Below, in pieces: positions 1-12,862 of a stretch of DNA of 64,000 nt. Position 1 is the first letter of the stretch. The number at the start of each line of letters is the position of its first letter. The notes under the pieces are model-generated. The model was not told the DNA's origin. It did not search any database and saw only the letters and a program-made list of their open reading frames with translations. The stretch is from the human T2T-CHM13v2.0 reference genome, Homo sapiens. The stretch is taken from NCBI RefSeq assembly GCF_009914755.1, contig NC_060938.1; one strand, written 5' to 3'. A program made the translations under genes and the position numbers.

Positions 1-40
1 TCCCTGCCCAGCTCTTATTCTCCAGTCCCTTCTTCCTCAC

Positions 41-3000
41 CGGGAGTCCGGAGCTGCCCGTGGCTGAAGCTCAGGATGCTCTGAAGAGCTGCGAGTCCTT
101 CCTCAGTGGTTGGGCCATTCTGTAGCAGCTGCAGACGCCTCTGGGCCTGGGCATCGCGGTGGGCAGGTGTGCGCAGGTGTTGCAGCACAGCCAAGCGGGA
201 GGGTGTCTCCCACGCACACAACAGGCAGTGGTATAGCCCCAGCTCTGCCCCTGCCTCCGCTCCCTCCATGTCCAGCAGAAACTAGAACCATGGGAAGAGG
301 CTGGCTCAGGCCCAGAAGGGACATGCCAGACCTCAGGGGACTTTTTTTTTTTTTCTAGAGAGAGTCTTGCCCTGTTGCCCAGGCTGGAGTGCAGTGGCAT
401 GATCTCTACTCACTGAAGCCTCTACCTCCTGGGTTCAGTGATTCTCATGCCTCAGCCTCCCGAGTAGCTGGGATTACAGGCATGCGCACCACACCTGGCT
501 AATTTTTGTATTTTTAGTACAGATGGGGTTTCACCATGTTGGCCAGGCTGGTCTCGAACTCCTGACTTCAAGTGATCCTCCCGCCTCGGCCTCCCAAAGT
601 GCCGGGACTACAGGCGTGAGCCACCGCACCTAGCCTCAGGGGACTTCTTTGCCTTCCCTAAGGGAGACTGACTAGCAGCAGCCCCCTCCCCACCCCTCGC
701 TTCCTGCTCCTGAAACCCCCCCTTTCCCTCCTATGGCCACCTAAGTATTATTGCTTGCTCTCCCCAACCCTTTCTCTTTCTCCTACCACTCCTGGACTCC
801 CTCCCAGCATGCAAATGGAGTCTGGTTCCATCCTCTTGAACCTCTGGTGACATGACAAACTGAGCTGATACCACCCCTCCCTCCAGGGCCAAACACCAGA
901 AGAGCTGAATAAAGTCTGTTTCACTTGTCAGAGTTTACTATCCTTTGGTCTCTTTCTCCATGTCTGTCACTTTGTTACCCTGGTACATATGTCATTACCT
1001 GGTGCATACTTTCCTTTTTCTCCATTTGTCACCCAGGGTTTTCCTATCACTTTCTTATTCTGCATCTCCTCCCTCTGTCCCCATTCCCTTCTCCTCTTCC
1101 GATGGCCCTTCCTGACCCAGCCTCACCTTATAGATTTGGCTGTTTTCTTCGTGGGCTGCACCCCTGGCATGCAGCTGCATCTTCTCCTTGCTGTTGGACT
1201 CAAAGTCACAGATGTTGCAGCGCAGGTGTAGTGGGGAGACAGACCCATAAGGAGCCCCATCTCCCAGGGATGCTGGGGAAGGGGTGCCCATGGCTCCACC
1301 CCCCTCCCGCAGGTGGGCTGCCAGCTGGTACTTCTGAGCATGTTTGTCAGTCTTGAGGTGGAGTTGGAAGTTGGCCTTGAGCTGGGTGCCATAGCAGCAA
1401 AGCTTGCAGCGGTGGGTGTCACCAGCCACCTCCTTCCATTCAGCTTCCGGGAGGCTCCGGCCTATGCTGCAGTGGTAGAGCAGCAGCTCCAGGCTGTCTG
1501 TGCTGAAGGCCTGGCACACTAGGCAGCGGAACACCTTCAGGGACAGGCTGTCGTCTGGGGGTGGTGAGGTGGGCAGGCTGTCAGATGAGGAACCCAGGAG
1601 CTGACTTGGAGGCAGGTGGGCATCAGGGGATAGGCTTCCAGGGGCTAGAGGACAGAGACAGATTAGTGGCCCAAGAAAGAAATGGGGCACGGTTGGTTCT
1701 CTATGTGGGGAGGTGGGTTAATGAGTAGGATAGTGCTCAGAGGGACTTATGGTTACCTAAGTGGGGAGTTGGTCCTTGGGAGAAAGCACGGAATAGAGTT
1801 TGGCCCTGGGGAGAAGAGGGAAGAAGCACAGAAGCTTACCGGATGTGGGGAACTTGCGGGCAGGTGCTCCTACGTGGTGGAAACCATTGAGAAGTAGCTG
1901 GGCTTCCAGGGGCTTGTCTGGCCTCAGCCCCGGGCCAGCCAAGGGAGTCTGAGGCTGCCCTAGGGCCTGGGGCCCAAAGTACTGGAAGAGTTCAGGGGGG
2001 CTAGTGGGGGTAGCCCCTGGTGGGGGAGGAGGGCCTGGCCCCATCAATCCAGGTGGCAGGCCCAGCGGCAGCCCCTGGTGCAGCATTAGGACATTCTGCA
2101 TGTGCTTCTCAGAGGTCATATGGATGCGCAGGTTACGGGAGATGTTTGTCTCGTAGCTGCACACCTTGCACTGCCAGGATGATTTGGTCTTAGGCTCTTT
2201 GTCTCCCGCGGAGGGTGGGAGTGATGCCTCTGTTGGACTTCCCTGCCCACCAGGGCCCGCCTGGAAGCCCTGTAGGTTGGCCAGGTGCTTGTCAGACTGC
2301 ATATGGATGCTGAGGTTGCCTTTGGTGGTTGTAGAGTAGTTGCAGACGTCACAGCGGTAGGGTTTGTAGCCACAGTTGTAGCTCTCTCCACGAGCAAGGC
2401 GGGGGTGGGCGCCCCCAGCACTGCAGTAGCTGCAGTGACTGTTGCTCTCAGGGTGCTTCTCTCGCATGTGCACATCCAGGGTCTGCTGGTACTTGTAGTG
2501 CCAGTTGCACTTGGGACACTTGAGTGTCTTGCAGGAGTTGCGTGAGTGGAGCAGGGACATGTGGCTGGACAGGCTGAGGCCCTGGAAGGCTGCAGGGGCT
2601 GGGGTGTAGTCATCAGCTAGGCGATAGGGCTGGGGTGGGTCACTGGGGTCTTCGGGGGAGCCCACTGGGGCAGGGAGAGTGCCCCCCTCCTTGGAGGTGG
2701 GTGAGCTTTGGTTGAGTGGGGGGCAGAGCCCTCCATCCTCTTCTTGCCCCTCAGGGAACCAATCTGGCCCTGCCTCGCCTGCTGCTACTGGCGATTCTTT
2801 GGCTTGGGTTGGGCTGGGGTCCCAGGTGGCTGTGGGTGGAGAGGGTGGGCTGAGGGCCATAACTTCTTCATCCAGGAGGATAAGGGCCTGGACTTCTGCC
2901 TCAGGGGGGCCATCCTCTGTCTGGGCCACATTCGCCTCCATGTTCACTGTGCTGCTGTTGTCAAGGGGTATGTCAGAAGAGGGGCGAGCAGGGAGTTTTG

Positions 3001-3880
3001 GCTCCAGAAAGCTTATGAGGGCCTTGCAGCCTTCATCTCCCTCCTGGAGTACAGCTGGGCTACCTGACAGGCCCTGATATTGGGCAGGGGTTAGCTTCAC
3101 CCCATGAGACTGTGTGTGATCCATAAAGGCCTGGGGCTTGCTGAAACCCAGGCGGCACAGAAGGCAGAGCCAGAAGACCGCCACGTGGTTGCCCCCGCTG
3201 TTCCCCATGGGGCCATCTTTGGGATCTCCGGGTGGATTTGGAGCCAGCTGGTAGCTCCAGAAAGCTCCATGCCTTTCCTCACAGGCAGCCGGAGATGGTG
3301 CTGAGGTATCATGGGACAGAATTTGGTCAGAAGAGCTAAAGCCTTGGATTGGGTCAAAGCCATGTTGGATGTGAAGGGCAGTGAGGTGTGAGGGGGGTGG
3401 GTAGGCAAGGAAGGGCAGACTGGGCTCTTCCTTGATGCCCGCCTCACCCCAGGGGAAGCCCTTTGGTAACAGGAGTTCACTGCCACCTGGCAGGGACAGC
3501 TTGGCCACTAGGTAGGCCTCACCTCCAGCTGTGAAGAATAAGTGGTTGCTTAGGTCCATGGGAGGGAGCCCTTCTTCTTCCTCCTCCTGCTCCTTGTCCT
3601 TTTCCACCCCTGGGTCATTTGGTGGGAAGTGACCACAGTCAGGCCCTTCCTGGGGCTCCCCAATCTCCTTTGGTGGGACGAGGCCACAGCCCGACTCCAG
3701 GAGCTGTCCCCCTGGCTCTGAGGACCTCATGTTCTCAGAGGTGGAGGAGGCAGCAGGGGGATCTTTGGTGACAGGATCAGAGGGGGTGCTGGAGGAGAAG
3801 GTGTCCGAAGGCAGGGACGGGGCATTGTGCCCAGGGGAGGGGGTGGTACCAGTGGTAGAGGCTGAGTTAAGGGTGGCCAT
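41..3880 (-). CDS. ZFHX2: Zinc finger homeobox protein 2, N-terminal coding exons (gene continues beyond the left edge)
   Basis: ATG at 3880 (ctaccATGg). Coding exons are 3880-1840 (2041 nt; exon acceptor at 3929), 1644-1127 (518 nt) and 281-41 (241 nt), all GT-AG with compatible phases. Protein starts [17 protein letters not shown] and carries ZFHX-family C2H2 fingers ([51 protein letters not shown]). Confidence 0.97.
342..635 (-). mobile_element. Alu (S-like)
   Basis: Full dimer with poly-T and TSD tcaggggactt. Confidence 0.92.
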
Positions 3881-4119
3881 GGTAGACGGAGGAGTGCTGG
3901 GGGCTCATGTCAGCGTGACAGCCAGTACCCTGTAGGGAGACAAGGAGAGAGCAGTGCTGTGAGGCTGCAGGGACCCCAGCTGGGCAGCTGGATCTCTGGA
4001 TACTCCTGCCCCATCCTCTTCCCTGAACACCAGACTCAGACACCACTTTGCTAACCTGAAATTTCACTTAGTGTCTAACATGCTTCAAAACTTAATATGT
4101 CCAACATCAGAACTCTTCA

Positions 4120-4446
<327 letters not shown>

Positions 4447-5410
4447 TAGAACTCTTTATTTGTCCCCTGAACCTGCTCCTCCCCATCTTTCCTATCTCCA
4501 AAGTTGGTACCAACATTTATCCAGTGGCTTAGACTAAAAACCCAAAGTTTTATCTTGCCCTCACCTACTGGACATATCCACTTCAACAGCAACTTCTAAA
4601 ACATGTCAATCCCTCCATTTATCTCCTTCACTAACACCATCCTGGGGCCCGCTGAAATCCGGGCAGCACAGAAGGCAGGCCATTATCATCTCTTTCCTGG
4701 ACTAACACAACAGATGCCACACTGGCCTCCCACTTCCACTACTGCCCGCTACAGTGTATTTTCTCTCCATCCAGCAGCCAGAATGGGGGCTTTAGTTTTT
4801 GCTCTATCTTTAGCACAGAAAACAATGCCTGCCACAGTCAGTGTCTTTTGAATGGCAGAATTCTAGGAAAGACCCTCAGATTTTCCATACCCTGACGAGG
4901 TAAATTCCCTAAGTCTTGCCAGAGATAGGGCATAATTGATTTCCCCTGGCATGCAGGCACCATGCTTCTCTCCAATGCCTTCCAGATCCATCTCTGGTCA
5001 CAGCATGTGGAACAGATGGGAGCTTCTCTGGTCAGTTGAAAGATAACAGCTAGTCGGTTGCCTCCTCTTCCTCCCAAAAGAGGTAACAAATAATAAGTAA
5101 TAGTAATAATATTACTAATAGTTATGTAGGTACATATACCATGGTCCTGGCACTATGTTAAATGCTTTATGTTAATCATCTCATTTAATCTCACAGCAAC
5201 CTTATTTTATGGATGGGGCATCCAAGAAACAGAGATGTTAAGTGAGCTACTGAGGGTCACACAGCTCCAAGATAGTGAAACTAGAAATGGACTGATGAGG
5301 CACTGAGTAAACCCCAAAGTTGTGGTCTAGACTCCTCCACCCAGCTAGACTGTCCCTTGGACACAATACAGGTAAAATGAGACTCCAAAGGACTAGAAAT
5401 GAGGATTCCA

Positions 5411-5741
5411 GTCTGGGCACGGTGGCTCACATCTGTAATCCCAGCACTTTGGGAGGCCGAGGCAGGCAGATCACCTGAGGTCAGGAGTTTGAGACTAGCC
5501 TGGCCAACATGGTGAAACCCTGGTGAAACCCTGTCTCTACTAAAAATACAAAGAAATTAGTTGGGCGTGGTGGTGCATGCCTGTAATCCCAGCTACTCAG
5601 GAGGCTGAGGCAGGAGAACAGCTTGAAACTGGGAGGCAGAGCTTGCAGTGAGCCGGGACTGCACCATCGGGACTGCACCATCGTACTTCAGCCTGGGCAA
5701 CAAGAATGAAACTCCGTCTCACCAAAAAAACAGAAAGAAAG
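5411..5741 (+). mobile_element. Alu with two internal tandem duplications
   Basis: TSD agaaatgaggattcc; 11-bp and 14-bp internal duplications. Confidence 0.92.
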
Positions 5742-8565
5742 AAATGAGGATTCCTGGGCTGCCTCCAGCTGACAGAAGCGCCAAGGCTCCCATCCTTTTT
5801 TTTTTTTCTAAATCAGGAACCTCCCCCTCAAACTCACCAATTCCCATGCCTCTCCATCCTATACTTCCCCCAAGGTCCCAGTTGGCCCATCTACGTCCTC
5901 TCTAGCTCTCGTATTAGCAGATCTCTAGTGATTAAACTGGTAGTGCTTCAGGCCAGAGTGCTTCGTGTAAGGGGCGAGGGGCGTGGCCTCTCTTTTCCTG
6001 GGCTACCTCTAACCCTCACCTTCAGACTTTTTTATTTGGAATGGGTCCTCAGTCTGGCCCCACCCAACCTGAAGGCCCCATTGTAGCTTCCCTCCTCCTG
6101 GGGTTCTAGCCAGGCATGAAGTCAGAGCCATTAAGGAATGCTGAGTGGAGTGGGATTAGCATGGTAATGAAAATGCAAATCAGCACCTGGGAAAGGGGTG
6201 GAAGGGATGGGGAGGTCGGGGGAGTTGGAGAACCAAAAGGGAAGTGAAGGAACTGGACTGAGGGGAGCCGATTTCTCGATAACCAGAAAGCAGAAGCCCT
6301 CAAGTTGAGGGAGAAAGGTATTCCTCCTACAGAATCCATGGTGGGGGAGAGGGGTAAGGGTGCTGGTTTGTGAGGGTCTGTTATTCCATCGTCACCCACA
6401 GGGTGGGCCACACCGCCCTTCCACTACCCCACCTGGTGGGAATAACTGACTGGGCAAGAGGCCCTGTCCTGGGCCCTGCCGCCAAGGGCTGTACACAGGT
6501 GCGTGCTCTCTCCCAGCCGGCCCAAGTGCTACAGCTCACCCTCCCTAAGCCTACCAGCTGCTTCCTGGCTCCTGACTCACCACGCTCGATCACAGCTCAG
6601 AGTAGGGCTAGGCAGACCTAAGCCCCAAATCCTACAGTAACTCCCAGATCCTCTCTCAAAAACATCTATTTCCTAGAACTGGAAAAAGACATAGCTGATT
6701 CCTAGCTAGAAACCAAAGGAGCTTAGCTTTCGGCTAGCTTGTAGGTGAGACTCTGATCGGCCGAGGGTAGGTTGGCAGCTATTTAAAATTGCAAATCTCT
6801 TCCCCACCTCCCAACCTAACCCTCCTCCTCTTTAGGAAAGAATTTCAATTGCAAATATATCTCTGCCTCAGTACATCCTCCCCCAACCCCAACTCCCCAT
6901 CCCCCTTTCTTCTCGGAGCTTCTCCCATCACCCACTATTTATTACAAACCTTTAGCTGCAGCGATTATTTTTTCGCTTTTTTTCCCCTCATTGCATTTTC
7001 ACTCCTCCATCTTTCCTTCCTTCCCTCTCAGAATCGCTAGGTCCCTTTCTTTGCCCTTCCTACCTTGAACTGGAGACAGTGCAGAAACGGACAGGCCTAA
7101 GAGTCATCCCCTCCTGCCACCCCCAAGACCAAGATTCTTGCTCATCCTCAGACCCATCGCCATTCTCCCCTTTAGTTCCTGGCTTTCCTTAAGGGCATCC
7201 CCTATCCCTGCGGACACATCTCAGATGTGGGTAAAGAGACAAGGCGACCCCTGAAAGGCCCTGACATTGCTTCCTCTGAAGGAGGCAAGAGGAGGAAGGA
7301 GGAAGAGGGTGGATCTGGTGTAGGGTGGAGGTTGGGGACGGTCAGGGAAGACCTGGGTAGAGGCAAGGGCTGGGGGCCTCTGTGAAGGAGAGGGGTTAGG
7401 GGAGACAGAGCAGGCAGTGGCGGTGCTGTGATTAGAGAGGAGATTGATGTGAAGGGGCGCCACAGACGGCAGAAAGAGTCAATAAAACGAGAGGATCACA
7501 TTAGAGGCGACAGAGAGAGCTTTAAATTACAAGGCTGCTGCCACTGAGGGGGATGGGAGGAGGGAGGCCTGGAGCCAAGGGAGGGCGGAGAGTTCTGAGG
7601 GTGTAGTCATCCCCTGAGATGAATCTTGCAGCTCCAAAATGGCCCTTAGTCTCCAGAGTTCCCTGCTGCCCCTTCAGCCTATCCTCCTCCCCTAATGCAC
7701 TGTTTCGTCACAAGGCTGAGGAGGGGAGGAAGATGAAGATGGAGAGAAAGGTGTGGAGAAATGGAAGACATTTTTTCCTTTTGGTATTGCCCTCTTCCTC
7801 TGTCCAGACCCAGGTCTCTGTTTACTTCTCAGGATGAGAAAGGAAGGATGGAAGTGCTACTTTCAAGGCTCAGCCAGGGAGTTAATGCCCTACAAACAAA
7901 AAAATACATACAGTCGTAATTACTGAGCTGCAAATGTTCTTCCATGGAGGTGGGAAGATACACATTAGGACCCAGAAAGCTGCCGAGAGAGAAATGTGAT
8001 GAGACAGAGATAAGAGGCTCAGATGTAAAGTTGCAGAAACACAGGTGGAAAGCTGAAAAGCCAGGCCCTGACCGAGCAAGATGGGGGAAATAGTGAGACT
8101 TAAGGACCGGAGAATTACAAGAGACAAAGGGCATGGGCAAAGGAAGGACCAAAAAATTGAAGTCTGAGAAAGGAGAGAATCTGCCCCTCGCTGAAGAGGA
8201 GCCATGTCGTGGATTCAGGCTGGCCGGCAGAACTGGAGGCAAAGCTGACCAGGGGTGCTTCCTCCCATCCCCCAGCAAGACCAGGGCTCCCTTTGGTACA
8301 GCCCCCTCCCACCTCTGGCTGACCAAGAGAGGAAAGGAAACACTACTGCTCCCTAGTGGTTACAGAGGGAATATCACCAAGGAGTTGGCAGGGCTAATGG
8401 GACCTGACTGGCTTTTTCCTCCCTAACTCCCCTCCAAAAAACAAAACTCCTTTTTCTCCAAACCCAACTCCATGGCAAAGTCTTTCGAAGTGAAGTCTAT
8501 CAGGGCACCATCAAGTTTGCATACAATGATTTTCACATCAGGGCCTTCCAAACAGTTGTTTTTCA

Positions 8566-8852
8566 TTTTTTGAGACAGGGTCTCGCTCGGTCTCCCAGGC
8601 TGGAGTGCAGTGTCACCATCTTGTCTCACTGCAGACTCTGCCTCCTAGACTTAGGTGATCCTCCCATCTCAGCCTCCCTCCCAGTAGCTGGGACTACAGG
8701 CATGTGCCACCACGCCCAGCTAATTTTTGTATTTTTTGTGGAGACAAGGTTTCGCCATGTTGCCCAGGCTGGTCTCAGATTCCTGGGCTAAAGCAATCTG
8801 CCCGCTTTGGCCTCCCAAACTGCTGGGATTACAGGCATGAGCCACCAAGCCC
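8566..8852 (-). mobile_element. Alu (J-like)
   Basis: Diverged Alu dimer. Confidence 0.88.
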
Positions 8853-9343
8853 AACCTTCCTAACAGTTTTGCCTTTCACTTTTCTAATTGTTTAATCTAC
8901 CCACTTTCCCTTAGAGTCAATTTTAGGACCTTTTTTTAAAAATTCCTCTCTTAAATTGTTGCCTCAGGCATTGCACCCTTCCATACTCACTGTCCTCGCC
9001 TTCCTCCCCTTTTTGTCTCAACCTGTTGATTACAAGAGGAGGTGACCATGGAGAGAAGGGGAAGAGAAACAGGAAGGATGAGATGTGTGTACCCCTAGTA
9101 TGGAGGATTGTTTGGTATAAACAGCAAATAAACTATAACTAGATGAGCTCTATTTTTTAGGGCAATGGAAGAACATGGGCTTTGGATCCACACACAGAGA
9201 GCCAGGTTCAATCCTTGCTCCATCACTCACTAGCTGTGCAACTCTGGGAAATTACGTATTGAGCCTTAGTCTCCTTATCTGGGAAAATGGGAATAATGAT
9301 ATTTTCCTTACTCAGTTGTGAAGACCAGATAGGTAACGTGTAA

Positions 9344-9826
<483 letters not shown>

Positions 9827-9854
9827 TGAGGGCAGAATCTTAGATGGACAGGAT

Positions 9855-10151
9855 TTTTTTTTTTTTTTTTGAGACGGAGTTTCGCTCTTGTTGCCCAGGC
9901 TGGAGTACAATGGTGCGATCTTGGCTCACTGCAAACTCCACCCCTGGGTTCAAGCGATTCTCCTGCCTCAGCCTCCCAAGTAGCTGAGACTATAGGCAGG
10001 CTCCACCACGCCCAGCTAATTTTGTATTTTTAGTACAGACAGAGCTTCTCCATGTTGGTCAGGCTGGTCTCAAACTCCCAACCTCAGGTGATCTGCCCAC
10101 CTCGCCCTCCCAAAGTGCTGGGATTACAGGCCTGAGCCACCACACCCGGCC
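9855..10151 (-). mobile_element. Alu
   Basis: Dimer with TSD caggattt. Confidence 0.92.
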
Positions 10152-11127
10152 AGGATTTAAATCTAGTCTACTCAGCCATAGAGTTCACTTCTTAGCCCTC
10201 TTGATTGCTGGGTCTAGAGAGACCCATTATTCCAGAGCAAAGAGTAGAAATTTTGCCCAGGCTCACATTTGGACAGAAGCAGCTAATAAGTGGATCAAAA
10301 CTATTCTGGCCTTTCCCTGCATGTCTTCTTTTTTTCTTTTTTCCAAAGATCCTTTCCAAGTCATCCCTGCATTTAAAACTATCATTCTATCTCTAAATCT
10401 TACCTTCTATATTTAAAAAGAAAACAAACAGTACTTTGATTCTTCCCTTTTAATTCTACCTATCTCTTCTAGACCCTTCCCCTTTTATAAATATTTAAGG
10501 AGAGCTTACTTTGTGCAAATAAGTTTTGTCCAAAAGAGAGAGAAAGAACGAGTATGGCAGGGAATGAGACAAGCAGGAAAAGGAGTGTTGTAAAGGGCAA
10601 AGAAAGATCGCTAAGGCAGAGAAGAGGAGGGAGGAAGAAGGGAAGGAGAGAGGGAGAGGTAAGGAAGTGAAGAGGAAGATGAAGCTAGGTCTTGATTTGC
10701 ATATATTGAATCTTTTCCAGGCCTCCCAGCTCTGGCACCAGATTGGGATGGTGGCCTGTCCCCAGTGAGAAGGAGGTGGCAAGGAGGCTGTCTCTTGCAC
10801 TTTGCAAGATGCTTAAGGTGGGCATGAGTAGATTGGGTGAGGTGTGAGGAGAAAAGGGTAGGCTCAGGAAGAAGATGGGGGTGGTAGGGAGCAGACAGGA
10901 GGAGAAGGGAAGCGGTAGGCTGAAACCACACACGTTCACATTTGCATGGATTTGCTGAGGTGTGCTGCAGAGTGTCTGCTACTGATGGGGGTGGGTGTCC
11001 AGGAGAGGAGGCATCTCCCTTGATGACTTGGAAAGTGTTGGATGTGTTAGGACAGCAGTGTGGAGCTGCTCTGCTGCACAGATCTATGTGATTTTATAGT
11101 ACACTGGAGAGACTCACATCCTGCTAG

Positions 11128-11584
<457 letters not shown>

Positions 11585-12539
11585 GGAAGGAAAACATTCT
11601 GAGTGACCGTGTATGTAAATAAGTCTTTCTGGTTATTTTATTCTGTGAACCTGTGTGATGTAATGACTGCATTTAAATAGTATTACAACAAAAACTAATT
11701 GTAATAATAGTAAATAGCTAACATCTTTAAATGTTTGCCATGGGCCAGGCACCGTGCTAGGCCCTCGGCAAGTATCACATCACCTAATCCTCCACTTCAA
11801 TCTGATGCAATAGATGTAGCTATTCATTCCTATTTTACAAACATGGAGACTGATTTAGATGGGTTAAGTAATTTTTAAGATCTCCTGCTTAAAAAGAAGT
11901 AGAGTTGAGATTGGAACTCAGGTAGCCTGATGTCAGTACCTCTGCTCTTGGGTTAATTTGTAAGCTTCTGAACTCTGGCTGGTATGCATTTTGAATGAGG
12001 TCTTTTGAGTCTGATTGTATTACTCTGTGTGTCACCTTGAGCATATGTGCTATCATGTTCCGCCTGAAGGTGCTAGATGGCTGTCTTCCATTTGGTTTGT
12101 TTCTTAGTATAAGATGGACCAGAAGAGGAGCACTGCTTTGCGCAACTCCAGGGTGCGTCATTCACACTGCAGTCCATGCAGGGGCACTGGCCATGCCCTG
12201 TGTGAAGGAAGGGAAGGAGCGGGAGGGAGGGAGTGGGAACAGGAGGGAAGGGATAGATAATGGCGGGTAGTGTTCTTTGAATGATATGTGTACCCATTTG
12301 TGACAACATCTCTTAAAGTTGAAGGTCTACACATGTGTATCCATATTAGCATATGAACTTCATCAGACAAGCACTCTCCCTCCAACAGAGGGAGACCCTG
12401 TCTCAAAAAACAAAAAAAAATAGCCTTTAGAGTCAGACAGACCTGGAATCAAATTCTAGTTCTGTTTCTTAATATGTAAATGACCTCAGGTAAGTTGCGT
12501 AAAGTCTCAATTTAGTCTCTTCATATAGAGAATGGGGCA

Positions 12540-12862
<323 letters not shown>

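Noticed and set aside
1645-1839. ZFHX2 intron 2 length is a multiple of 3 (195 nt)
   Set aside because: Contains an in-frame stop at 1757.
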